A stretch of 63,497 nt of DNA, the filler included, from Octopus bimaculoides (taxonomy: Eukaryota): assembly GCF_001194135.2 (NCBI RefSeq). It is 5 parts of 4 records of this genome, joined end to end, with 100 filler letters (N's around TTAATTAATTAA, not from the genome) between each part and the next. Parts side by side here need not be neighbours in the genome. Positions count along the whole stretch, not along the records: positions 31,446 to 55,982 come from NC_068981.1; positions 56,083 to 58,940 come from NC_068985.1; positions 59,041 to 61,928 come from NC_069009.1; positions 62,029 to 63,497 come from NW_026309818.1; 1 more part is not named here. One strand, given 5' to 3'. The notes below the pieces were generated by a model. The model was given only the letters and a program-made list of their open reading frames with translations. It searched no databases and was not told where the DNA came from. Both the position numbers and the translations under genes were made by a program. Below, piece by piece: positions 49,621 through 62,284 of this stretch (position 1 is the first letter of the stretch; each line of letters begins with the position of its first letter).

Positions 49621-51370
49621 GACATTTGAAAAGAAACAGCGATTTAAGCAAAACATATTAAGGAACACTAATAATAAATCAAAAANNNNNNNNNNNNNNN
49701 NNNNNNNNNNNNNNNNNNNNNNNNNNNNNNNNNNNNNNNNNNNNNNNNNNNNNNNNNNNNNNNNNNNNNNNNNNNNNNNNNNNNNNNNNNNNNNNNNNNN
49801 NNNNNNNNNNNNNNNNNNNNNNNNNNNNNNNNNNNNNNNNNNNNNNNNNNNNNNNNNNNNNNNNNNNNNNNNNNNNNNNNNNNNNNNNNNNNNNNNNNNN
49901 NNNNNNNNNNNNNNNNNNNNNNNNNNNNNNNNNNNNNNNNNNNNNNNNNNNNNNNNNNNNNNNNNNNNNNNNNNNNNNNNNNNNNNNNNNNNNNNNNNNN
50001 NNNNNNNNNNNNNNNNNNNNNNNNNNNNNNNNNNNNNNNNNNNNNNNNNNNNNNNNNNNNNNNNNNNNNNNNNNNNNNNNNNNNNNNNNNNNNNNNNNNN
50101 NNNNNNNNNNNNNNNNNNNNNNNNNNNNNNNNNNNNNNNNNNNNNNNNNNNNNNNNNNNNNNNNNNNNNNNNNNNNNNNNNNNNNNNNNNNNNNNNNNNN
50201 NNNNNNNNNNNNNNNNNNNNNNNNNNNNNNNNNNNNNNNNNNNNNNNNNNNNNNNNNNNNNNNNNNNNNNNNNNNNNNNNNNNNNNNNNNNNNNNNNNNN
50301 NNNNNNNNNNNNNNNNNNNNNNNNNNNNNNNNNNNNNNNNNNNNNNNNNNNNNNNNNNNNNNNNNNNNNNNNNNNNNNNNNNNNNNNNNNNNNNNNNNNN
50401 NNNNNNNNNNNNNNNNNNNNNNNNNNNNNNNNNNNNNNNNNNNNNNNNNNNNNNNNNNNNNNNNNNNNNNNNNNNNNNNNNNNNNNNNNNNNNNNNNNNN
50501 NNNNNNNNNNNNNNNNNNNNNNNNNNATATATATATATATATATATATATATACACGCATACATATATATATGTGTGTGTGTGTGTGTACACACACGCAC
50601 ATTCATAAATATTTACACAAATACATATATATTCATACATAAGCTACGCACATTGACATACACCAACGTATATCCTATTTCAACATCATTTGTCTATCAT
50701 CAACACTACAGCATTTCCAGAACAAGACAATCACCTCAGTCATTACTAAGAATAATATGACAAGTAATTATAGTGATAATAAATATTTCTGACATATTAA
50801 TAATGTATAGTGAGATCCGTGAACATTTCACGGAATTGATGGTAAACCTACTGAGTTATTTCTGAAAACTTTATCCAAAAAAACTGAAAGCACAACCTGT
50901 GTTGTGTCTCTATTGGAACATAGTCTCTCATCTGCTATTCATTGAAAAGTGATATAAATTGGATACAATGATTACTTAATGCACTTTATATATACGATTT
51001 ATATACTTTATGCACAATTTTATAGACATAATACAGCGTAGTCATAAAATAAATATCCACTCTTATTTTCCCAATTTTCCCATAAACAAAAGAAAAAAAT
51101 TGCCGTACAGATGATACAACCTTTAGTAAAGTTGCATATATCTGTCACGCAAATAAGCGTGAATATTTCACGGAATTTCCCTTATATGCATGCTTTAATT
51201 GATAGGTGATATAAAGAAAGCTTAGTCCAATTTTAAAAAGTACACTTTTCACTATCCAATCACCATCTCTACACCACTGTCTCCACCACTACCACCACCA
51301 CCACCATCCCCACCACCATGATTGAAGATTCCACTGTACAAGCACTTGAGAATAAATGAAACTGAAAATA

Positions 51371-52200
51371 GGTGGGTAAAGAAAAGAATGCAGGGACAAT
51401 TTCATAGGGATGTTGAAGATAAGAGAGACAGAGAAAATAGATGGCTATGAATGACTAAAAGTGATTTAAAATTGGAAACGGAGGCTCTAATCTGTGCTGC
51501 CCAAGAGCAAGCATTAAGAATCAATTACATCAAATACAGCATAGACAACACGCTAGAAAGTGATAATTGAAGAATTTGTGACCAAAACTGTGAAACCGTA
51601 TGGCATATTACCACTCAACGTACACAACAAGCCCAGAAAGAATATAAATGATGTCATGACAATATAGCAAGTATTGTCCATTGGACACTTTGCAACAAGT
51701 ATGGACAGAGCAAAAAAGTGTTACAAACATAGACCCAAAAGCATCATCGAAAATGATAATGCAAAGATCCTATAGGATTTTATGATTCAGTGCCACCATG
51801 AGATAGAGATTGGGAAACACAGAAATTGAGAAAGAAAGCAAACGATGCTAATCATAAATATAGCATGCCTAGCTGACTACAAGATATGCGATAAGGAACA
51901 AAGAAAAGTTGATAGATATGACAGTTTAGCTTGGGAATTTAAGCAGTTGTGGTCGCTGAAAAAGATGGTAGTAGTACCAATAAGTTCGGAGACCTGGGAG
52001 TAGTGAGTAATAATCTTGAGAAGTACATGACATAAATAGGGGCTGTAATAAGGATTGAGCACTTGCAGAAAACAGCACTGCTTAGGACCGCCGGAATACT
52101 CCAGATGGTGCTCGAAAAATAAGGGGTGTTATCATAGTTCATTGGTAGTGAACAGATGGCACCGTAGTGTATCTCAAGCGTTAGAAGCTTTTCAAAGACA
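51371..52200 (+). mobile_element. R4/Dong-type retrotransposon 3' part (family C)
   Basis: MQGQFHRDV..DLKLETEALICAAQEQALRINYIK..RIC..ETVWHI..HDNIASIVHW..LQKTALLRTAGILQMVLEK* (stop 52120-52122), then an (AAT)/(AAC)n tail at 52203-52275. Confidence 0.9.
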
Positions 52201-52215
52201 ATAAATAATAATAAT

Positions 52216-52276
<61 letters not shown>

Positions 52277-53220
52277 CAGTATGTATATATATATANNNNN
52301 NNNNNNNNNNNNNNNNNNNNNNNNNNNNNNNNNNNNNNNNNNNNNNNNNNNNNNNNNNNNNNNNNNNNNNNNNNNNNNNNNNNNNNNNNNNNNNNNNNNN
52401 NNNNNNNNNNNNNNNNNNNNNNNNNNNNNNNNNNNNNNNNNNNNNNNNNNNNNNNNNNNNNNNNNNNNNNNNNNNNNNNNNNNNNNNNNNNNNNNNNNNN
52501 NNNNNNNNNNNNNNNNNNNNNNNNNNNNNNNNNNNNNNNNNNNNNNNNNNNNNNNNNNNNNNNNNNNNNNNNNNNNNNNNNNNNNNNNNNNNNNNNNNNN
52601 NNNNNNNNNNNNNNNNNNNNNNNNNNNNNNNNNNNNNNNNNNNNNNNNNNNNNNNNNNNNNNNNNNNNNNNNNNNNNNNNNNNNNNNNNNNNNNNNNNNN
52701 NNNNNNNNNNNNNNNNNNNNNNNNNNNNNNNNNNNNNNNNNNNNNNNNNNNNNNNNNNNNNNNNNNNNNNNNNNNNNNNNNNNNNNNNNNNNNNNNNNNN
52801 NNNNNNNNNNNNNNNNNNNNNNNNNNNNNNNNNNNNNNNNNNNNNNNNNNNNNNNNNNNNNNNNNNNNNNNNNNNNNNNNNNNNNNNNNNNNNNNNNNNN
52901 NNNNNNNNNNNNNNNNNNNNNNNNNNNNNNNNNNNNNNNNNNNNNNNNNNNNNNNNNNNNNNNNNNNNNNNNNNNNNNNNNNNNNNNNNNNNNNNNNNNN
53001 NNNNNNNNNNNNNNNNNNNNNNNNNNNNNNNNNNNNNATATATATATATATATATATAATAAGGGTGAAAAATTTAATATTAGTTTTATTAATATCAATT
53101 TGAAACCAGTAGCCTAGCAGATTGAAAAATCTGAAGATTCAGAAAAATTATATTACATACATATAAGAGGGATGACCACTAAGTGGACATCCCTTATGCT
53201 TGATGTAGACCCCATATGGT

Positions 53221-53522
53221 CTGACCACTAAGAAAAGATTGTTCTCAAGAAAATTCAGCAAACGGCAGAACGTAAGCGAGCAAGACAAATGAAAAGATAC
53301 AAAATATAAAGATTAATCACAAACCCGGTTTCATTGTTATCACTTACGTAATACTCACGTAAATGTCCGCAATTCATCATTGTGATCGTCATAGCAAAAT
53401 ATAACCTGCAGAACTATACACGAGACGTCCGCTTTATATTTTGTATCTTTTCATTTGTCTTGCTCGCTTACGTTCTGGCGTTTGCTGAATTTTTTTTAGA
53501 ACAATCTTTTCTTAGCGGTCAG
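53221..53522. repeat. 91-bp inverted repeat (87/91 identical), 120-bp spacer
   Basis: Arms at 53221-53311 and 53432-53522. Confidence 0.95.
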
Positions 53523-53569
53523 TCCTGTTCATCGTGCAACAGCATGCGACAGGTCAATTCAATCCGAAA

Positions 53570-54094
53570 GTTATAAGTGCCCCAACCTGGGAGGAGGGGA
53601 GGCTAACAAAATGCTAGCAGAGTTCCATTGGATATATATACAAAATGTTTTGATGAACAATTCTCACACTTTCTCATGATTTTTAATTTTTTATTTCATT
53701 TATACAGAAGGTGTGTACTGTAACGATTCTCATTTGGTATGCGAAGCTGAATGCAGTTTATGTTGATCGCACAACAGACGAATTAAGCAAAATATTTTAT
53801 GGACATACGTATAGTGTCAAGCACAATAATACTTCTTTGACAGAACTTGCCGAACTGTTCACTACAAATGACTATAACTTTGCCGAATTTAAAGTAGAAA
53901 TTCTCAGGAAATATTATGACACTACTGAACCTTTAGTCATTAAAATACATGAAGACAAATATATGTTATAAGTGCCCCACCCTGGGAGGAGGGGAGGCTA
54001 ACAAAATGCTAGCAGAGTTCCATTGGATATATATACAAAATGTTTTGATGAACAATTCTCACACTTTCTCATGATTTTTAATTTTTTATTTCAT
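53570..54094 (+). repeat. 130-bp direct repeats (129/130 identical), 395-bp period
   Basis: 53570-53699 and 53965-54094. Confidence 0.95.
53711..53971 (+). pseudogene. Penelope-type GIY-YIG endonuclease remnant between the direct repeats
   Basis: LIWY..VYVDRTTDELSKIFYGHTYSVKH..TELAELF..FKVEIL fits the PLE pattern YVG.T...L..RF..H......LA.HF......F.V.IL. Confidence 0.65.
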
Positions 54095-54169
54095 GTTGGA
54101 AAACTACTATGAATGGCAAGATAAAATTCAGTACTGATGCAAAGGGGTAAAAAATGTGTGGGTAAATAA

Positions 54170-54980
54170 AAACATTATTGGCCCACTCCTTACTTATTTA
54201 ACCATCACTCAGGAAATTATTAACTAATCTCATAACAGATGAATTTTATATTTTCCTGGAGACACAAAATCTATTACTAGAGGAACAAAGGGATGCAGTA
54301 GGAGATCAAGAAGAGCTACTTGTCTATTGGTTATTGATTAATATGATGAAATTAAGTGAGATATAAATAAGAACGAAGAACTATTCTCTGGTTGGATAGA
54401 CTTCAAGAAAGCCAACGATATGGTCCACATTGTTGACTCAAGAAGCATCTGAGAACACTCTAGATCGATGAGAAGATTAACAGTTAGAAAAAGCAAATTG
54501 CTCCTGGAAAGTGGAAGTAAAGTGCTGAAATGAATCATTTGGAAATGTGAAAATCCAAAGGGGATATTCCAGGTAGACTTGATCGCTCTATTAATTTTCG
54601 TCACTTCACTAATCCCTCTGACAAGCATACTGAGAAAATTCAGATCTGCCTAATCCAGAGTGAAAATAAATCACCCGCTGTATACGAAGAATAAAAACGA
54701 CCTGAACCTCTGATATAATCAGTAAGAATATTTAACATGGATAATTGAAAGTGCTTTGGGCTAAAGAAGCGTGCTGTGTAATTATGAAGAAAGGCCGAAA
54801 GATTAAATTTGATAGCATACAATTACTACAAGAGGTTATCATTAGTTCGCTGGGAAATAATACGGAAAGAAGTACCTAGGATACAGCAGAATGATAAGAT
54901 TTTCTGCGCGAGAAAGTTCTTCTGTTTCCATTCTGACTCCAAACAATAAGACCCTAATCCATATGTGGTGGGCTTTAAAT
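54170..54980 (+). mobile_element. heavily decayed R4/Dong-type RT fragment
   Basis: EEQ-GC-R-SR-like motif, WIDFKKANDMVH and GIFQ..LIFV..LIPL remnants. Confidence 0.7.
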
Positions 54981-55654
54981 CTGACAACTTTTAAAGCAGC
55001 TGTAATTTTAAGTCCCACGATATCGATCATATTGGTCGATTACATGACTGGGCACTGATGAATTTACCCTTCATTCAGTTATTTTGAGAAATTATTTTCC
55101 TTCTTAAAGTATTTCACTTTGCAGCCCTAAGCTTCCTGTGACTAGAGTAAGAAGATCCTCTTGATTAAAATATCTCGCTACAATTTTTGATATTTGTGGG
55201 ATTTGCTGTTGTTAATGCCTTCCGTGGTGAAGGATCTCACTGTTGCAGCAGAAATGGTAGTATTGGTTAAATCGGTAGTTGTTCAACAAATTGTTTTCAA
55301 GTTGGCTGTTGTCTGCTGCAGTGGAGGAAGTGATGATAGTGACAGTGCTTCTACTAGTATTCTTTAACTATGGGAATTTGCATTTATCAGATGGCGATGG
55401 TAAGAAATAAAGTAGCTTCTGATGAGTCCTTCACGAAACCCGATGCACATTTTACTTTGGATATATGCCTTTTGAAAAAAGCACGGAATACTTTCAGTTG
55501 CTATGAGTCCTATTGATGCTGCTTAGCTCGTATATATATGAATGAGATAAATATGATGAACATAATACATGCGTTGTAAATTTGTACACTGTAAATACAC
55601 GTTGCTATTATATGCACATACACATGTGTGTTTAGTCATATATGTACGCATATG

Positions 55655-55694
<40 letters not shown>

Positions 55695-56082
55695 AGTAAA
55701 AATAAATACAAAAAAGGTGGGTTTTTTTGTATGATTGTGTATAGAGGAATATATTATTTTGCTTAAAAGAGTTCCAACACTGTCTGTTTTTTATGTTTTA
55801 TTTATATTCCTGCAGAACTAATGTGGGGTATAGAATATGGAATATACAATATACAATATAAAATAAAATAAAATAAAAATGGATGGCACCATGAAAGAAA
55901 GTATTGAATGTAGATGAAATATTGAGTGTTCAATATAAAGGATCAAATATATAAATATATAAATATAAATATATATATATAANNNNNNNNNNNNNNNNNN
56001 NNNNNNNNNNNNNNNNNNNNNNNNNNTTAATTAATTAANNNNNNNNNNNNNNNNNNNNNNNNNNNNNNNNNNNNNNNNNNNN

Positions 56083-56127
<45 letters not shown>
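56083..56127. repeat. (GTA)n microsatellite in the position of the SINE internal (AAT)n
   Basis: Directly precedes the linker of the hammerhead SINE. Confidence 0.93.
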
Positions 56128-56128
<1 letters not shown>

Positions 56129-56270
56129 TATCATCGAAAAATACCTCAGGAACGAGAACCCAAGTTCGAAATTATACCCAGAACACCTGATGAAGGCTGG
56201 AGGGTATATCAGCCGAAACTTGTTAACAACAAACAAGATGAGGACAAATATTCGTCAATTGTAAATAATA
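56128..56270 (+). mobile_element. linker + hammerhead + tail of the tRNA-headed hammerhead SINE
   Basis: catcgaaaaatacc..gaacacCTGATGA (56187-56193) aGGCTGgagggtatatCAGCC GAAA (56215-56218). Cleavage-site region is 3 nt shorter than in the 29.5-kb copy. Tail gatgaggacaaatattcgtcaattgtaaataat. Confidence 0.85.
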
Positions 56271-57784
56271 TAAATAACGTGCACATTATATAACTCTATA
56301 AATCTTATATATATATAGAACTTTAGAAATCTTGTAGGGATCGTATTTAGTCATTGCACATATGGAAATGCAGTAGCCACTACGACATTCGTATTTTTAG
56401 CATGGCATTTTTATGCTTCGTCAACGATAACTGTCGGCAGCCTGGAAGTTTTAGATTCATAACCACAGTTGTTTTATCACAGAGTTATGACCTGCAAAAT
56501 GTAGGAGGTAGATTGAGCGTGGAATGAGCCGTCGTTGATTAATTTTTTTTTAATTATTCATACAGAACTTAGCTACAAACGGTCAGCGAATATTCCTTGT
56601 AGCTTTTCCCATGCTTACGCGAATTGTTATATGTATGTTGTCGAAAGCAAACAAAAAAAAAATTAAAAAGTCTGAAAACTCTTACACTTGATCCGGGAGA
56701 ACATTGACAATGTGGTAGCTAGCGGCGAGGGAGCTTTCCCAATATATGACAGGTATGTATTACAGTTATGTTCATGAAGTGCCTTCCTCTCGGAATCGAA
56801 CCAAAGTCCTTACTTTGTTGAACATTTTAACCCTAAGAACAAGAACATACTCTTTTAAGTCATTTATATATTTACAGCATCATGACTGGCGTTATCGCGA
56901 TGGTTTGACGTGCTAAAAATAGCAGTATGTCTTAATACTTTCAACTTCTATTTAATGCTTTTTTATGAAGTCATATTCAATTGATTATATATATTTAGGT
57001 GAATTTATAACTTTTTCTCGTGTCGAAGTGTAATAACTATGATGCTAACGGTGAATATCCAGATGCGCTCTTCTTATTTTCTGCTTATCTATTTCTACAG
57101 TTACACTGCTTCTATCTCGGTGTTAGTGGATTTACTTTGATGTTTGTTTTCTTTCTTCATCACATCAAAGGTTTCCACAGATAATTTGTCGTTGTTTTCG
57201 TTATCTGTTTCAGGTTCTTCAGTCAGAGCTTTACAAGTTTACGATTTAATGATTAAATATTGTCACTGCGTTTGTTGTCTAAATATTTACCGTGATAACG
57301 TCAGTTTCGAAAATATCACTTTGGCGTTCGACTATGCTGATCGTTGTAAACTTAGAATAGAACAGAGTCTTTCATTTCGTCTGCAAGTCGATATCAAGCT
57401 TGTTTCTTACGTTTCTCTGATCACAGTATTTGAAGTTGATAATTAGATCAATGTTTAGTGTGATATCGTACTTGTTATAATGTAATCTGGTTGAATGTTG
57501 CATAGTTTCATACTTCATTCTTGTACAGTTCAGTAATTTTATTTCGTATTGAACACCGATTATTTACTACACTTTTTTGAAAGGTAGCTCTTAATTCACT
57601 CTTTCACGAGTCTCATACCTACGTTGCTTTTGGTATTCCCTTCAACCGTGTTCGTTTTACCCCCATCTTTGAAATTTCCTCTCCTGCCACGAATGCTTAG
57701 TTAGGTTTACTATCTTTGATAGCATCAATTAAGTATTTCATCAAATTACATGACTTTGAAGTGTAATATATATATATACACTTC

Positions 57785-57827
<43 letters not shown>

Positions 57828-58230
57828 NNNNNNNNNNNNNNNNNNNNNNNNNNNNNNNNNNNNNNNNNNNNNNNNNNNNNNNNNNNNNNNNNNNNNNNNN
57901 NNNNNNNNNNNNNNNNNNNNNNNNNNNNNNNNNNNNNNNNNNNNNNNNNNNNNNNNNNNNNNNNNNNNNNNNNNNNNNNNNNNNNNNNNNNNNNNNNNNN
58001 NNNNNNNNNNNNNNNNNNNNNNNNNNNNNNNNNNNNNNNNNNNNNNNNNNNNNNNNNNNNNNNNNNNNNNNNNNNNNNNNNNNNNNNNNNNNNNNNNNNN
58101 NNNNNNNNNNNNNNNNNNNNNNNNNNNNNNNNNNNNNNNNNNNNNNNNNNNNNNNNNNNNNNNNNNNNNNNNNNNNNNNNNNNNNNNNNNNNNNNNNNNN
58201 NNNNNNNNNNNNNNNNNNNNNNNNNNNNNN

Positions 58231-58297
<67 letters not shown>

Positions 58298-59040
58298 TGT
58301 ATACATTTGTGTGTAGGAAAAGCCAGATCATGGCTATTGACTTCTTATTCCGTTAATTTATTTTTCTTACATATCCGTCAGTATTTTGTAGCACATGATG
58401 TCACTCTCTACATCCAATCAGTAAATGCCATCAAAAGCAAACACATCACGAGAAATATACCAACGATAAACACAAAATACAAGAGCAAAACTAGCTGCAA
58501 CCACAATGAAATAACTAAAATGCTGTAATATTATTTGCATTTGTCGCAAACGATTGAATCAGAGTTGGAAACATTTTGCTGCCAAAACCTACTAAATCTC
58601 ACGATCATAGTTTTAGTTCCATAATAAAAGTTTTTAAGAGAAGTGAATTTATTAGTGAATTCGAAATTTTTTCTACTTCACATAATAGAAAAGCTACGGT
58701 ATTTATCTTTAGTTTGTAACATTAGTTTCGTATTATGCCTTCAACGAAATATTTCTATGCTATATTTTCTCACTATTTTGATATATATTTTAGTAAATTA
58801 TTCTTTCTTTGATATGGCATTGTAGCAGTTAACTTTTCAATCGATATCATTTTCCTTTTTCTATAATTAACTCAATGTTTAATTAGATTTGATGAATTCG
58901 TTCTACACGGATTCATTCATTTCAGTGCATATATATATATNNNNNNNNNNNNNNNNNNNNNNNNNNNNNNNNNNNNNNNNNNNNTTAATTAATTAANNNN
59001 NNNNNNNNNNNNNNNNNNNNNNNNNNNNNNNNNNNNNNNN

Positions 59041-59375
59041 ATATATATGTATGTGTATATGTATGTATGTGTATATGTATATATATGTATGTGTATGTAT
59101 GTGTATATGTATGTATATATATGTATGTGTATATATGTATATGTATGTATGTATATATGAGTATATATGTATGTATATATATGTATGTGTATATGTATAT
59201 ATATATGTGTGTGTATATATATGTGTATATATGTATGTATATATATGTGTATATATGTATGTATATATATTTGTATGTATGTATATATATTTGTATGTAT
59301 GTATATATATATTTGTATGTATGTATGTGTATATATGTATATATATATATGTGTGTGTGTGTATGTATATATACA
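59041..59375. repeat. complex TA/TG low-complexity satellite (similar at 62029-62350)
   Basis: Directly visible. Confidence 0.95.
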
Positions 59376-59447
59376 TTAGATATACACGCAATTTGTAATA
59401 TCGACTCTACAATCGTAAACAACTTGCATAAACAGATGTCTTTGATG

Positions 59448-59513
<66 letters not shown>

Positions 59514-59962
59514 TGTATGGAGAAAGAGAGAGAGAGAGAGAGAGATCCGCACAGACTTATACACACATACACATAATTTATGTAAGAGTGTGTATATGTG
59601 TGTCTATAAATAAATACATTATCACTTTCTATTATGTGTCAATTACACACACACACACACACACTTACACTCACACACATATTTGTTTTATTAATATTTA
59701 GCAGAGGCAACAGGATGACTCAAGGGCCGAGAGTTTCGTGTATTAGCACTTACCAAACAACACCAAATCTCTCTCTTTCTCTCCCTCTCTCTCTCTCTCT
59801 CGCTATGCACACACACACACACAACACAACACACACACACACACATACATTAAATATATATGTATAGAGTGTTTATATATATAGTAAATTAGATATGCAT
59901 AGCTTCTGTTTACGTTATGCCCGGTATGTAGACGTATCAACATATATTATTATTGTGTATAT

Positions 59963-60010
<48 letters not shown>

Positions 60011-60237
60011 GGGGCTGTGATGATTAGTTCCAGGTCAGCTCGCACTGAACGAACATTATCAGAGGCGTGCTAACCATGACCATCATGACTTTATTTGGGA
60101 TCACACTATTCTGTGTGTCCTTTAGAACACAATGACAGAATTAGAATGAGATTTGATTGCTATTTCTGCCAAATTGACAGACCACGAGTAGGCTACCACG
60201 GTATGTTTATGTATATATGTTTAGTTATATATATATA

Positions 60238-60457
60238 CATGAGGGTGTGTTGAAAAGTTCTTGGCTTTAAGGGTATTGCGAAAGGCCGGGCTGGGGGTCC
60301 CAGCCTTCCGAGTTTTTTTTACAGGGCTTAGAAAAACCGAAGGACCGCTGCAATAAGTGTGTGAATCTGAGAGGGAAATGTGTTGAATAAAATCATAATT
60401 AACTGATCCTCCTCTATTTTCTTTTATCCAAAGCCAGGAACCTTTCAGCACCTTGTG
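60238..60457 (+). mobile_element. mariner-derived MITE
   Basis: TIRs catgagggtgtgttgaaaagttcttggcttt / aaagccaggaacctttcagcaccttgtg. Internal remnant of the transposase C-terminus (DRCNKCVNLRG..VE*). Confidence 0.8.
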
Positions 60458-60891
60458 TTTGTATGTATGTATTATATATATATAAGAATTAAGGAATGAA
60501 ATAGATGAGATCCGGGTTACATATGTTTCATAGCGAGCGGAACCTCGGAAGTGGTGAATATCCAAGCGAGGTGTATACCGTTAATCGCTAGGCCAAGGGT
60601 ATCTTGACTAAATGAAGTTTACATTGTCGCAATGAGGTACATGTTAACACACGGAAGATCTTACAGTTATATAAGCACGGAAAATGTTCTCTATGTGGCC
60701 TGTGTGTTTTCTGTACTCTGGTTATTATTATTTTCTTGTCTACGTTTTGTTTGCAATGTCCTGTACCCAGCTATGCACCTATATATACAGGTAGACGTAG
60801 GTATGCACATACCTGTACGTATATATGCATATACTCATTATTTGTTTTATATAGTGTTTATATGTAATGTGTGAGCGTGCTTGTATATAAA

Positions 60892-60932
<41 letters not shown>

Positions 60933-61745
60933 TAAAAAAGAATGGTGAATTATACATCAAAATATATTCATAATAATATTCTCCTTAAATTTTCCAGTCC
61001 GTCGCATGTTTCTGATAGGTCTTTTGATGTAGCATTTAAATACATTACGCTTCACCCACCCGAATGAGTGAAACCTTGAACAAAGCTGCTTAGGAATGTC
61101 TAACTTGGATGAATATGCACCGCAAATGAACCAGCTAAATACACATAAATGCTACATCAAAGGACAATAAGATACTTATCCAGAAGAGACACGTGTCGGA
61201 TTGAAATTTAATGACAATATTATTGTTATGAATAAGCTTTGAAGATGTATAATTCTCCATTGTTCTTTGTGACATTTTGATTATATACCCGATATCTAGT
61301 ATGAAATCCTACGAAGCGAACTCCTGATTTATATATCGTGTGAAACAAAATTCAATTATCTTAAACAATTCTGTATGTTACCTATCATTCGTTATGGTGA
61401 GCCAGATCTGGATTATATCGGAGTGCTAATAAGTTACCTGCCCGGATTCCAAATCTCTATTCTTTTAGGCGCAAATGTAATTCTTTCCCGAATAAATTGC
61501 ACGTCATATTCGAAGCTCCGATGAAGATATTGGATGTGATTCAAGCACTCAACTATGAATCTACTGTATTTTATTGAAGAAACAGCTGTAAGCTAATGAA
61601 GTTCATGATAACCATTTATTCCTTTGTCATCTTCCTTTCTTAATACGGTCTATACTCAGCTAACACTTCATTCACAAACATACATCTATTGAGTTAAACA
61701 CCGGATTATTAGTCATGCAATGCCTAAGCAAAATATTGAAACAAT

Positions 61746-61905
61746 GAGTGGCTGTGTGGTAAGTAGCCTGCTTACGAACCACATGGTTCCGGGTTTAGTA
61801 CCACTGCGTGGCACCTTGGGAAAGTGTCTTCTACTATAGCCTCGGGCCGACCAAAGCCTTGTGAGTGGATTTGGTAGATGGAAACTGAAGGAAACTCGTC
61901 GTATA
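61746..61905 (+). mobile_element. tRNA-derived SINE
   Basis: A-box TGGCTGTGTGG, B-box-like GGTTTAGTACC, body gccttgtgagtggatttggtag and a (TA)n tail. Confidence 0.85.
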
Positions 61906-62235
61906 TATATATATATATATATATATATNNNNNNNNNNNNNNNNNNNNNNNNNNNNNNNNNNNNNNNNNNNNTTAATTAATTAANNNNNNNNNNNNNNNN
62001 NNNNNNNNNNNNNNNNNNNNNNNNNNNNTATATATTTATATATATATATGTATACACATATATATACATATATACAGATATACATACACACACACACATA
62101 TATATACATACATACATATATATATACATATACATATAAACATACATACATACATATATATACATATATCTATATATACATATACAAATACATATACATA
62201 GATACATATATATACATATACATATATATTTATAC

Positions 62236-62284
<49 letters not shown>

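Noticed and set aside
53131-53147. CTGAAGA-ttca-GAAA (also CTGATGA at ~55055 and ~38596)
   Set aside because: No stem II closure, stem I or NUH; chance matches to the hammerhead core.
57105-57240. Minus-strand acidic peptide ..TEEPETDNENNDK..TEIEAV*
   Set aside because: Preceded by an in-frame stop with no good acceptor; A-rich composition explains it.
58985-59576. Multiple YI/HT/CV-rich ORFs (also 61977-62429 and 8477-9058)
   Set aside because: Translations of TA/TG/GATA low-complexity DNA.
60470-60880. Probable interspersed repeat remnant
   Set aside because: No second copy in the window and no diagnostic motif, so it was left unannotated.
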